From: Candidatus Omnitrophota bacterium
GTDB lineage: Bacteria; Omnitrophota; Gorgyraeia; Gorgyraeales; Gorgyraeaceae
Length of the DNA stretch: 52,969 bases
Assembly (NCBI GenBank): GCA_026387235.1
Contig: JAPLMD010000044.1
Coordinates: forward strand, 1-52,969
Direction: 5' to 3'
The position numbers and the translations under genes are program-made. Positions 1 to 9,420 of the stretch are shown here, one piece after another. The notes under the pieces were generated by a model. It saw only the letters and a list, made by a program, of their open reading frames with translations, had not been told where the DNA came from and did no database searches. Positions within the stretch are counted from its first letter, which is position 1; each line of letters opens with the position of its first letter.

Positions 1-1
1 A

Positions 2-3000
2 ATCACAGCTCTGTCTGAAAATAGCGGCATAAGCTACGAACTGCTTAATAAACTCATGGAAAAACGCAAAATCAGATGTCTGAGGTTTAATATACCTGGA
101 TTTACAAAGGAATCTATCTTGATATCCGAAAAGGATATCAAGAATTTACAGGAAAGAGAAATGTCCAAGCTTAATGAGTTTCGCAAGAGGTATCTGCCGA
201 GCGAAAAACAGGCTGTGAGAAGCGCAGATGATATACAGAGACTTAAGGACACATATGGCGTTGATGCTGTTAGAAAAAAGCTTGGAATTGATTATTTTTC
301 CTTTAGGAGGATGGTTATAGAGAGGCGTATAAGATGCAGGACATTTGAGATACCAGGCATTGCGCAGGCTTTTACATTAATACGCGAAGAAGATATGGAT
401 TTCAGTAAGCTGTATAAAAGAGAACTGGCCAGCCTTAATAAGTTTTGTAAAGAGCATCTGCCAAGCGAGTCACAGCCAGTGGCAGACCTTAAGGATATAA
501 GGCTGCTTATACAAAAGTATGGCTCTAATGCAACGTGTAAAAAACTTGGCATTACGTCCAGGGCTACATTGAGAAAATTTCTGATAAGAAAAAATATTTA
601 TTATAAAGTATTTCGCATAAAGAATTTGATTGACGAATTTATACTGATTTCAGAAGCTGATCTTAATGGCGTTATGCAGAAATCTGAATCAGATAGAGCT
701 TTGAAACAACAGCAAGCAAGTGAAAGGTTAAAATCAATTCGCGCATTTTTAACATCCTTGGATATTCGCACAGATATAAATGGTATTGAGAATAGATTGA
801 ATAAACTGCTGGGGAAAAGGAGTGAATATCATTTGCGCAGGCTTGAACGGGTATGGAAGCCATACTCTAAGATGGGGCTCAGGTTAGGTTCCGCAAGCTT
901 TATAGGAATTCTGGAAAAATCAAGAGGGCCCAATGACTTTATAATTCGATTTGATAAAAGATTACAAATAATGCATCCTGGAGTCAGAGAGCTTGGCATG
1001 GTAGTGGATTGGGGCATTGCGCAGGTACCTGAAACAAGACGCGAGGTATTTAAAAATAAGGTTATACCTGCAATGATTGCTGTATCTGGAGAGCAGCGAA
1101 GAGTATCAGGCGTTGGTATTCTAGGTTTCTTCCAGATGCTTGTAGAAGCAAGTGGAGTAATTGGCACCAAGGAGAATCCTTTGCCGCCTGGTTCTCTTGT
1201 TGTGCATGAAGAGTTTGGGCCAGGCATAATAGAAGAACCGGCACATGATAGTCAAAAGCCAGGCAATAATGGACATATCTGCGTTCGTTTTATTAATAGG
1301 TCAGTAACTTTTGTCCCGAATAGTGTTTTATCACCTTTTTCCAACCAGAGCAATTCAGGCACTCATCTCGGGACCAAACATACATATGATCCAGACTTCA
1401 GGCCTTTCGCTGCCTATGATACTAAAACCGGCGCAGCGCAGCATATGAATTTTGATGAAGCACATCAAGACCTGGTAAGGACGCTTATTAATATGCCTGG
1501 GACAGCTATATTCAAGGCTGAGACTAATGACATACTAACACAGATTAATCCAAATGCCCCGCCAGAAACTGTACAAGTTATAGAAACCAAGTTGAGGAAT
1601 ATTTTACCTCGAATTATTCCTGTAATAGAGAAACCTGTCTACTTTTACTTCTTTAAAGGCGCAGAAAAACCCGCATATCTTGGCAATAATCCTTATACCC
1701 TTCTTGATGCAAAAGGAGAAGATAATAAAAGAGGCATTGTTTATCTTGAGGCTGGTTCAGGCGGCATTGATCCTGAAACTGGTGAATGGCGTAATAATCC
1801 TTCTGTATATCTGACACAAGAACTTTTTACAAAACTCTCATCTGAAATCCTTATAGGTGTTCTTCCTGAAGAGCTGGAGCACGCAGCAGTTAAGACAAGC
1901 GGGGATCATGCTGCGGAAAAATGGGAAGCCCAGTCTGATCGCTTAGACAAACTGATTAGCTTGCGCATAGGGCTCCTTAATCATGATATTCAGGAAAATG
2001 ACATTTGGAGGTCTGTAGAACGAGCCAGTGTGCTTATTGATGTTGAAGAGTATGATGCTGCAGAAAGAATATTATACGGACTCCTAGACACAAATCGTGT
2101 GAAATTACCAGGGCAGCTATTAAGCATTACAAATGTCCTGGATAGACTGTTAAAAGAACAAGGGCGGCATGAAGACCGCATTAGGGCAGCTGACAAAGCA
2201 ATTGCAATTGCTGGCAATGTCTTTAAGCCAGGCAGCACTCGGTACAGAAATCCCAGCAATTTAGCGATAGCAGTATCTAATGCTATTTATTATAAAGCCA
2301 GGGCTTTGGAGGCCTTAGGCGAGCATGATAAGGCAGTGAAAATTGCTATTAGCGCTTTGGAAGATTTGAAACAAAAGAATCATCTTGTAGAGTTAGCTAG
2401 TGTTGAATTCAAAAATATTTGGTTTGAATTATCAGCTTCACTCAGCGGGTTTATTGGAGATAAACTGTCACAATCATGGGAAAAGGATTTGAAAAAAGAT
2501 GCCTTGTATCAGGCAGAAGACTATTTAGCTGCAGCGATAGATAATTTTGCGAGATGTACTGATACTAATATCCAGTCTGTATCTGTTTATCAGGCAAGAT
2601 TGGCCTGGACCTGCTTCTATAAAAGCAGGTATGAGGCGTTAAATCCAGCAGGGAAAGAGAAGGCAAGTATGTTTCTGGCCAGGGCCAGGTCAGCTGCCAC
2701 AGAGGCCCTAAAAGCCTATCGCACTCCTGAAGCCTTGACTATTAATGGTGTGCTTACAGAAGCAGAAGGGGCGCCGGAAGGCAGGGGGCAGGCAATTAAA
2801 TATTTGGAGGAATCGTATAAACTGAGCCAGGTGCCGCGCACTGCTATAATGCGCGCGAAGGTGGCGTTACGCGCTCATGATATAGAAGGCGCTGAATACT
2901 GGCTAAATGAATTAGAGAAGGACACTATGTCGCAGACTTATATAAAAGGCGCATGGTTATGCCAGAAGGCCGCAGCATTATGGGGTAATGAGTCACAGCG

Positions 3001-6000
3001 AGATCTCGCATGTCAGTTATATACAGAAGGCCTGGATATGTTAGATAAAGTTTCTAGCGCGCAAAACAAATTATGGTTCGGTATTTTAGGTGAACTTGAT
3101 TCATATTATCAATATAGATTTACAGCTTATGTACGGCTTGGACAGCTCAACGAAGCAATGATAGAATTACCAGCACTATTAAATACCTGCCAAAATATTG
3201 ATGATTTAGCCAAATTTTTAACAGGCACACTGGTTTCTTGGGCTGAATACGAGGCTCTGGTTAAAGCGCTAACTGGAATAAAGAATGGGCGCGGCGTAGA
3301 AGAACTTGTAAGCGCATTGGAGAAAAAATTACAGAGCCAGCCTGATAATCCGGCTGCAGTTACAGGATTGTCTACATTATCTGCGTTTGGCCAGGCAAAG
3401 AAATCACATGTGTTTGAAACAAAGAGAAAAGAATGGCAGACAATATTTGGCCCAGGGTCGCTTAAGGCCCAAAATAGGACACCTGTTACTGTAGATACTA
3501 TGCGTCAGTTTCTTAATGCGTTGCGTGCTACATTGACTATTCAGGAACAAGCAGAGTTTTTAGCTGAATGTGTGTCTCCTAAGGAGTTATTAGATAAAAC
3601 TGCTATAACTTCGCGTCAGGGCTCGATAGTCAAGGTAGTTATGGAAGAAATCCAGAGAATAGTAAGTCCGGAACTGTCTGAAAAAGTAATCGAGGATTTG
3701 TATAAGAAAATTGATGACCTGGAAAAAGACCACCGAAAACAGCTCGACCCATTGCTTAAAACAAAAGGCCTTATTGATACTATTTTTGAAGTTCGTAGTA
3801 AATTGAAAAAGGCTTTAGGGTTGCTTCTGGAAAAGCAAAAACAGACACTAGCTGCGCATGAAGAAGAGGTAGAGCCTGTTGTTGAAGTTGTAGAAGCTGA
3901 GCCTGCGCCAGCAGAGGTAGCGAGAGAAGCTGAACCTATAGCAGAAGAAGCACAAGTGCCAATAGTAGAGGACGCAGTACAAACTATATCTACCAGTCGC
4001 TCAGGAGCATTGGACCAGCAGTTGACAGCTGAAGAATTAAGAACACGTAGAGATCAATTAGAAACAGATTTTCTTGGAGCTCTTGATCAGGTCAGCAGAT
4101 TGCGATTGCCTGAAAGCAATCGCGCATTAAAAGATTTAAGAAGGACAGCGCATAAATTACGTAAGAGAGCAGAAAGGTTTAATACAGAGTTGCTTCCAGA
4201 AGTAGAAAAATTAGAAACAAGCATTAGGCAGCTTGAAATGCAGCTTGCTCAAATAGAATCAGATGTTCATGTACAGGCATTGGATCAGCCAGCAATTGAT
4301 GCTATTCGTCAGTTAGGAACAGTAAGAGAATTAGGACAACATCTTTTCGATATGTATGGCATCAGAGGTGTAGCTAAAGCAACATTAGCCAATGCCTGCA
4401 TAAAAGGCGGAGTAGATCCAGTAATTATCTGGCGCATAGCTATTAGCGAAGGATGTAAAACACAAAATGATACTGCGCAGTATAATCAGGTACTTGCTCA
4501 GTTGCAAGAAAATAGAGGATTGCCAGGCAATAGAAAGGCCGGCAATTTACTTCAGGGCTTGACAGTTCCGGTTGTATTGCTAGGCCGCGCATTGCATCTT
4601 CCAGACAGGATAACAGCAGGTTTGGGTGGAATGGAAGAAATATTCTTCAGCTGGTTTTTCTGCACTGTGCTGCCAAATATATTGCATCATTGGGGCATGC
4701 CTCCAGGATTTGGTTTGGCAATAGGCGTTACCTTAAGTATGTTCTTCTGGTCAGCAATGCATTGGAAAACTGCATATAAGTTGGTTCACTATGATTTTTC
4801 TGAAAAAGACAGAGTTCGTTATGGTGTTTTGAAAGAAAAAATACCTACGCCTCTTAGCCGCATGTTACTTTTTGGCATAGGGGCTGGTTTAAGAATAGTT
4901 TATATTTTAGCTCAGATCGTAGCGCCTTGGTTAGCTTTACCCTTAGTTATGGCGCTTCATAGCTATTACAATGTTAAATTTGCCTTTGATAGAGGCCTGC
5001 CGCAGGCAATAGCAAATTATATAAAGATAGGCCGTGGTATTTTAACGCTGTTTGTTATAGCAATGGTTAATGGTGCGGTTGGCCAGGCTGCGACAACGGT
5101 AAGAGAGCGAACTGAGTCAGCACTCAAAACACCGCAGACTAACATTACACTAGTTGCTCAGAATAAAGAAACAATAGAAGTGAAGAAATGGGTGAAGAAG
5201 TTTGGCAAAGAAATAAAAAGAATTTTTATTGAAGCAGGAGATAAGGATGAACAGGCAATTGTTTTCGAGATGAAAAAAGGCAAAGGAGATGGGTATAGGC
5301 TATCAATATCAAGCAGGGATTCTAAATTAGAAATTAGCGATGCCGCAGGCCGCAATAAAAAGGCATTGGCTCCTGAAGAAAAGCTTGGACTATTAGGCGT
5401 GTTGAAAGAAATGAAACAGGGCATGGAAGCATATGGTGAAAAAATGCAGCCTATGAACAAGCTCTTAAATAGGATTATTGAGTTGTTTGAAGAGCATACC
5501 GAAACTACTCCATTAAAGCAGGGGCCATCCGTAATTCCAGAAGCAGGTTATAGAGATCATATGCCAATTCTTGGGAAAGCAATATTATTGATGCTTGGAA
5601 TACCTGCGCTTGCTTCTGCAGGCCAGGATATTGCTCAGGTTATTAACTTGTTGCCTTTATCTTCACTACTTATAACAGTTAGTCTTGCATACTTGGTTTA
5701 TCGTTATTTAATCAAAACAGGTTATGCCAATAGAATATTATCTTTGTTACACGATCGGTCAACGCAGATACTGGCAGTGTCACTGACAGGGGCAGCTCTG
5801 GCCACAGCTGCAGGTTTTTGGTTTGGATTATGGACGTGGCAATTAGGGGCTGCTGTTACTATTGGTTTTGCAGCACGTTATATCGGACTACAAACTTCTA
5901 AGGCAGAGTATTCTGCTTCTGGTTATATAATGCTGGCTATGCTTAGCACCTCGCTGACGTTTACAGCCTTTTTTGGATTATGGAACGATTCGCTTTATCA

Positions 6001-6634
6001 TTGGATCCATGCCTATCCGCCTCTTATTAAAAGCTCGATTGCTTTTATAAGCGGGGTAGGCTTCAGCGCAATATATGATGGTATAGAGAGGTTATTATTT
6101 GGGTCTATTGTTCGTTCAGCGCAAATTACGCCTCAAGATGCATTCAAACGAAGCGGCATACTTGTTATGGCCAGGCTTGGAGTAGCATGGGCGCTGCATG
6201 TATTGGTTCAGGCTATACCTAGAGAGTATTTATCATATAAAATATTAGCTGGTTCCATTGGAGGATTTGCCCTTAACTGGTTTAGAAGCAGCGGCATGAA
6301 TAGGGAAAAAGAAGGGGTATCTTTTCTGTGGATGATAGGGAGTGGTTTATTAGGCACAGCAGCGTGTTTCGTATTTGTAAATTGGTCTACGGGCTTGGCA
6401 GGATTATTTCTTACCGCAGCCTCATTGCTATATTTTAGACGGGGACATATTTCAAATTGGTTTAAGAAACTCGAGTTAACTAAGGCGCGCTATTATAAAT
6501 GGAAGGAATATTACCGAGGTATAAAATATCTTATGTTTACTATACTGAGTACGCATAAATCAGTTGAGTTGAAAAAGACTTATATTAAGCCATCTCTGCA
6601 GAAGCCAACAAAGGCAGCGGTAACGAGCATTTGA
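2..6634 (+). CDS. giant multidomain membrane protein, 5'-partial (>=2210 aa): tandem excisionase/MerR-like HTH repeats, Tudor-like beta domain, TPR-like helical region, coiled coil plus acidic linker, two polytopic membrane blocks
   Basis: The frame is open from nt 2, with no stop before the ATG at 56. Residues upstream of that ATG (..NSGISYELLNKL) continue the ~95-aa repeat seen again at KKLGIDYFSFRRMV and KKLGITSRATLRKF, so the start lies outside the window. GSLVVHEEFGPGIIEE...ICVRF..RSVTF resembles the UvrD/PcrA C-terminal Tudor-like fold. There is a long helical/TPR-like stretch, an EP/EA-rich acidic linker (nt ~3860-3990) and many hydrophobic helices after nt ~4600. Confidence 0.8.
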   Translation: MTALSENSGISYELLNKLMEKRKIRCLRFNIPGFTKESILISEKDIKNLQEREMSKLNEFRKRYLPSEKQAVRSADDIQRLKDTYGVDAVRKKLGIDYFSFRRMVIERRIRCRTFEIPGIAQAFTLIREEDMDFSKLYKRELASLNKFCKEHLPSESQPVADLKDIRLLIQKYGSNATCKKLGITSRATLRKFLIRKNIYYKVFRIKNLIDEFILISEADLNGVMQKSESDRALKQQQASERLKSIRAFLTSLDIRTDINGIENRLNKLLGKRSEYHLRRLERVWKPYSKMGLRLGSASFIGILEKSRGPNDFIIRFDKRLQIMHPGVRELGMVVDWGIAQVPETRREVFKNKVIPAMIAVSGEQRRVSGVGILGFFQMLVEASGVIGTKENPLPPGSLVVHEEFGPGIIEEPAHDSQKPGNNGHICVRFINRSVTFVPNSVLSPFSNQSNSGTHLGTKHTYDPDFRPFAAYDTKTGAAQHMNFDEAHQDLVRTLINMPGTAIFKAETNDILTQINPNAPPETVQVIETKLRNILPRIIPVIEKPVYFYFFKGAEKPAYLGNNPYTLLDAKGEDNKRGIVYLEAGSGGIDPETGEWRNNPSVYLTQELFTKLSSEILIGVLPEELEHAAVKTSGDHAAEKWEAQSDRLDKLISLRIGLLNHDIQENDIWRSVERASVLIDVEEYDAAERILYGLLDTNRVKLPGQLLSITNVLDRLLKEQGRHEDRIRAADKAIAIAGNVFKPGSTRYRNPSNLAIAVSNAIYYKARALEALGEHDKAVKIAISALEDLKQKNHLVELASVEFKNIWFELSASLSGFIGDKLSQSWEKDLKKDALYQAEDYLAAAIDNFARCTDTNIQSVSVYQARLAWTCFYKSRYEALNPAGKEKASMFLARARSAATEALKAYRTPEALTINGVLTEAEGAPEGRGQAIKYLEESYKLSQVPRTAIMRAKVALRAHDIEGAEYWLNELEKDTMSQTYIKGAWLCQKAAALWGNESQRDLACQLYTEGLDMLDKVSSAQNKLWFGILGELDSYYQYRFTAYVRLGQLNEAMIELPALLNTCQNIDDLAKFLTGTLVSWAEYEALVKALTGIKNGRGVEELVSALEKKLQSQPDNPAAVTGLSTLSAFGQAKKSHVFETKRKEWQTIFGPGSLKAQNRTPVTVDTMRQFLNALRATLTIQEQAEFLAECVSPKELLDKTAITSRQGSIVKVVMEEIQRIVSPELSEKVIEDLYKKIDDLEKDHRKQLDPLLKTKGLIDTIFEVRSKLKKALGLLLEKQKQTLAAHEEEVEPVVEVVEAEPAPAEVAREAEPIAEEAQVPIVEDAVQTISTSRSGALDQQLTAEELRTRRDQLETDFLGALDQVSRLRLPESNRALKDLRRTAHKLRKRAERFNTELLPEVEKLETSIRQLEMQLAQIESDVHVQALDQPAIDAIRQLGTVRELGQHLFDMYGIRGVAKATLANACIKGGVDPVIIWRIAISEGCKTQNDTAQYNQVLAQLQENRGLPGNRKAGNLLQGLTVPVVLLGRALHLPDRITAGLGGMEEIFFSWFFCTVLPNILHHWGMPPGFGLAIGVTLSMFFWSAMHWKTAYKLVHYDFSEKDRVRYGVLKEKIPTPLSRMLLFGIGAGLRIVYILAQIVAPWLALPLVMALHSYYNVKFAFDRGLPQAIANYIKIGRGILTLFVIAMVNGAVGQAATTVRERTESALKTPQTNITLVAQNKETIEVKKWVKKFGKEIKRIFIEAGDKDEQAIVFEMKKGKGDGYRLSISSRDSKLEISDAAGRNKKALAPEEKLGLLGVLKEMKQGMEAYGEKMQPMNKLLNRIIELFEEHTETTPLKQGPSVIPEAGYRDHMPILGKAILLMLGIPALASAGQDIAQVINLLPLSSLLITVSLAYLVYRYLIKTGYANRILSLLHDRSTQILAVSLTGAALATAAGFWFGLWTWQLGAAVTIGFAARYIGLQTSKAEYSASGYIMLAMLSTSLTFTAFFGLWNDSLYHWIHAYPPLIKSSIAFISGVGFSAIYDGIERLLFGSIVRSAQITPQDAFKRSGILVMARLGVAWALHVLVQAIPREYLSYKILAGSIGGFALNWFRSSGMNREKEGVSFLWMIGSGLLGTAACFVFVNWSTGLAGLFLTAASLLYFRRGHISNWFKKLELTKARYYKWKEYYRGIKYLMFTILSTHKSVELKKTYIKPSLQKPTKAAVTSI

Positions 6635-6670
6635 GTTTTTTGAAAAAAGTTTAAAAAAAGCTTTTATAAA

Positions 6671-6699
6671 TTGACAAGTTATGGTATAATCTGTGTAAT
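6671..6699 (+). promoter_or_regulatory. sigma70-like promoter upstream of the PilZ gene
   Basis: TTGACA (6671-6676), 17-nt spacer, TGTAAT (6694-6699). An overlapping alternative is an extended -10, TGGTATAAT (6682-6690). It lies in the 154-nt gap after the giant ORF and about 15 nt upstream of leader element copy 1. Confidence 0.55.
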
Positions 6700-6713
6700 A
6701 TATTTCGGATAAA

Positions 6714-6783
6714 GGTCCCTCGCGACTAGAAGCAAAAATAAGGGTCGCTCGGGATCAAATTTTGCTGCGCAAAATTTGGGAGG
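6714..6783 (+). promoter_or_regulatory. two-hairpin SD-proximal leader element, copy 1
   Basis: GGTCCC-TCG-CGAC...GTCG-CTC-GGGATC, then CAAATTTTG-ctgcg-CAAAATTTG, followed directly by GGGAGG and the ATG at 6789. Confidence 0.7.
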
Positions 6784-6788
6784 TATAA

Positions 6789-7124
6789 ATGAGAGGAAGT
6801 GATTTTGTAGAGAAGAGAAGAACCAAAAGATTGGCGATGTCTCTTCCTATGAAGCTCAGGCGGGTTACCGGCGAAGGTAAATGGGAAGCCGTAGAAGCAG
6901 TTACTTCTAATGTAAGTTATAATGGGGCATATGTAACAGATATAGATTTAAAAAATATAAAGCCCAACGATAACTTACACATAACCTTTTCAGTGCCGCG
7001 GGATGAGGCAAGGGATTTTCCGTTTTCCCGCATTATCGGCAAGGCAAGGGTTGTGAGAGCGGAGGATGAAACTTGCGCGCTTGAATTCAACGAGGATATA
7101 TCCCGGCTTTTTGTTGCTAATTAA
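6789..7124 (+). CDS. PilZ domain protein (putative c-di-GMP receptor)
   Basis: 111-aa ORF with a GGGAGG SD 5 nt upstream of the ATG. It carries the PilZ signature pair: RRTKR (RxxxR) at the N terminus and NVSYNG ((D/N)xSxxG) about 30 residues later. Confidence 0.75.
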   Translation: MRGSDFVEKRRTKRLAMSLPMKLRRVTGEGKWEAVEAVTSNVSYNGAYVTDIDLKNIKPNDNLHITFSVPRDEARDFPFSRIIGKARVVRAEDETCALEFNEDISRLFVAN

Positions 7125-7129
7125 AAAAT

Positions 7130-7198
7130 GTCCCTCGCCGCATATATGCAGGTACTATGGCGGCTCGGGATCAAATTTTGTTTCACAAAATTTGGAGG
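7130..7198 (+). promoter_or_regulatory. two-hairpin SD-proximal leader element, copy 2
   Basis: It starts 6 nt after the PilZ stop. Sequence: GTCCC-TCG-CCGC...GCGG-CTC-GGGATC, then CAAATTTTG-tttca-CAAAATTTG-GAGG, then the ATG at 7203. Confidence 0.7.
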
Positions 7199-7202
7199 AA
7201 GG

Positions 7203-8528
7203 ATGAAAGGTCTGTATAAGAAGTTTTGTCTTTTTTTTATGCTTTCTTTGTTCACCGTTTTTTTAAGTGTTTTTTTAGTGAGCTGCGGGCCGAATGCGCA
7301 AAATAAAAAGCAGGTTAAATCAATAAAAGTATGGCACTGGATGAGCGACAGGGAAAATGCGTTCCTAGAGCTCGCCAAAAGATATGAAATCGAAACAGGC
7401 GTAAGGGTTAATTTCGAGCTTTACGCTCCTTCAGACGCATATACCCAGAAAGTACGAGCAGCTGCCCAGACAAACACCCTTCCTGATATATTCGGAATCC
7501 TGGGAGAAAAAAGAGATTTTGCCAGTTTTGTGAAGTCTGACTATGTATACGACTTGACAGAAGACATGGATGGAGAGAATGGCGCCTGGAAGAATAAGTT
7601 ATTTGCCAAAGCGCTTGCCGTAAATGAATTTGAACAGGCAAACAGCTTCGGAGTCAAACCCGGCATATATGGCGTGCCCATAGATGTTACTAATATCCAG
7701 ATGCTTTACAATAAAGATTTATTGCAGGCAGTAGGATCTGATTCGTCAAATCCGCCAAAGACGTGGAAAGATTTAATAGAGATAAACAGAAAACTCAAGG
7801 CAAAAGGCGTTCAGGGATTGGTGAGCGGATGGGGAGAGATCTGGATGATAGACTGCTTCGCTTCCAATTATGCCTTTAATATCATGGGCAAGGACAAGGT
7901 CCTGGATACTATACGCGGCGAAGTTTCTTATAATGATCCTGACTGGATAAAGGTTTTTGACCTGTTCCGCGAGATGAGGGATGAAGGACTTCTTGCCTCC
8001 GGTATAGTGACAATGGTCAATAAAACAGCGGAGCAGCTTTTCGCGAATAATAGGGCAGCTTTCGCGTTCAATGGTTCGTGGTGCGTGAATGTTTATAAAG
8101 GCATGAACCCTGATTTAAATTACGGGGTAATGCTTCCCCCTCAGGCTTCAGATAGATATCCTATGACAATATGGGGAGGCGCGGGTTCCAGTTTCATGGT
8201 AAATAAACAGTCCAAGAATATCCAGGAAGCCGTTAAATTTTTGAAATGGATCACTGAAACCGATCAGCAGGTTTATCTTTCAAAAGAGACGCAGGATTTA
8301 CCTTCTAATAAATACAGTTTAAAGGATATACCCATGGTGCTTTCCCAGTTTGCGAGCGCCATGGATAACACCACTCATCCGAACGTTTGGGGAGCTTCAG
8401 AGTTTCCTACGGTAATAGAGACGTTCGATAAAGGCATACAGTCCATAATTATAGGCGAGAAAACCCCGGAGCAACTTGCAAGAGAAGTGCAGCAGGTTAA
8501 AGAACGCGAAATGGCTAAGAAGCAATGA
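7203..8528 (+). CDS. ABC transporter extracellular sugar-binding lipoprotein (CUT1 / family 1 solute-binding protein)
   Basis: I chose the in-frame ATG at 7203 (GGAGG SD 5 nt upstream) over the track start at 7128, which lies inside the leader element. It has a signal peptide with lipobox LVSC. Its length and sequence style (WHWMSD..., NGSWC...) are typical of sugar binding proteins, and two permease genes follow. Confidence 0.85.
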   Translation: MKGLYKKFCLFFMLSLFTVFLSVFLVSCGPNAQNKKQVKSIKVWHWMSDRENAFLELAKRYEIETGVRVNFELYAPSDAYTQKVRAAAQTNTLPDIFGILGEKRDFASFVKSDYVYDLTEDMDGENGAWKNKLFAKALAVNEFEQANSFGVKPGIYGVPIDVTNIQMLYNKDLLQAVGSDSSNPPKTWKDLIEINRKLKAKGVQGLVSGWGEIWMIDCFASNYAFNIMGKDKVLDTIRGEVSYNDPDWIKVFDLFREMRDEGLLASGIVTMVNKTAEQLFANNRAAFAFNGSWCVNVYKGMNPDLNYGVMLPPQASDRYPMTIWGGAGSSFMVNKQSKNIQEAVKFLKWITETDQQVYLSKETQDLPSNKYSLKDIPMVLSQFASAMDNTTHPNVWGASEFPTVIETFDKGIQSIIIGEKTPEQLAREVQQVKEREMAKKQ

Positions 8529-9418
8529 ATAATATGCGCACCAAGGCAGTTCTTCAAAATTATCTATTTGTATTACCCGCGGTTCTGATATTTTCAATAT
8601 TCTACATCTATCCCTTCTACAAAGTGTTTACCCTGTCTTTATGCCAGTGGGACGGGATTGCCCGGTTTGATTTCGCTAAAAATTTTATAGGTTTAAGGAA
8701 TTTCATAGAATTATTCCAGGATAAAATCTGGTGGGGCGCGATGCTTCAGGCAGGCTACATAACCCTGATGGCTCTCACGTTCCAGAATGTGCTGGCATTG
8801 ATGCTGGCTCTCGCGTGCGACAGGGATATAAAAGGAGGCAATATATACAGAGTGATATTTTACCTGCCGCTTGTTCTTTCAGAGGTGGTGGTGGGGCTTG
8901 TGTGGAAATGGATATATGACGGCAATTACGGACTTTTGAATTACTGGCTCCAGAATGTAGGCTTATCAAACCTGGTCACAGACTGGCTTTCAAACCCGAA
9001 GACCGCGCTTACATGCGTGGCAGTGATTCATTGTTGGAAAGGCTTTGGGTGGGGATTCATAATGCTTTTAGCAGGACTGCAGACCATACCGAGGCAGTTA
9101 TACGAAGCAGCGAAAGTGGACGGGGCATCCAGCTGGCAGATGTTTAAGAGTGTCACGTTGCCACTCATGGTGCCTGTTTTTATACTAGTTTCCATACTTA
9201 CAGTGCTTGGCACAATGCAGGTATTTGTCCTGATACTTTCAATGACAAACGGCGGGCCTGGATATCACACAGAGGTGCCTGTCACAAGGATCCTTGCGTC
9301 AATGGTGGATTCTTCAAGATTCGGGTACGCGTGCAGTCAGGGCGTGATGTTCGGCGCGGTTCTTCTGGCTGTTTCGTTTGTGCAGATTAAATTGTCGAAA
9401 TACATGAAACAGGCATGA
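8525..9418 (+). CDS. ABC sugar transporter permease (MalF/UgpA-like)
   Basis: ATGA overlap with the binding-protein gene. Six hydrophobic segments and an EAA-type loop (YEAAKVDGASSWQMFKSVTLPL). Confidence 0.9.
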   Translation: MNNMRTKAVLQNYLFVLPAVLIFSIFYIYPFYKVFTLSLCQWDGIARFDFAKNFIGLRNFIELFQDKIWWGAMLQAGYITLMALTFQNVLALMLALACDRDIKGGNIYRVIFYLPLVLSEVVVGLVWKWIYDGNYGLLNYWLQNVGLSNLVTDWLSNPKTALTCVAVIHCWKGFGWGFIMLLAGLQTIPRQLYEAAKVDGASSWQMFKSVTLPLMVPVFILVSILTVLGTMQVFVLILSMTNGGPGYHTEVPVTRILASMVDSSRFGYACSQGVMFGAVLLAVSFVQIKLSKYMKQA

Positions 9419-9420
9419 AA

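Noticed and set aside
7128-7202. Upstream-extended start codons offered by the ORF track: 7128, 13515, 18712, 20370, 30223, 46845 and, less clearly, 17487 and 48879.
   Set aside because: The extensions run through leader elements, hairpins, promoters or the preceding gene. In-frame downstream ATGs begin typical signal peptides or lipoboxes, and several (7203, 18760, 20400) have well-spaced SD sequences. 13542 has only a weak SD-like string buried in the hairpin stem, and 48981 has no clear SD. 48879 remains a possible leaderless start.
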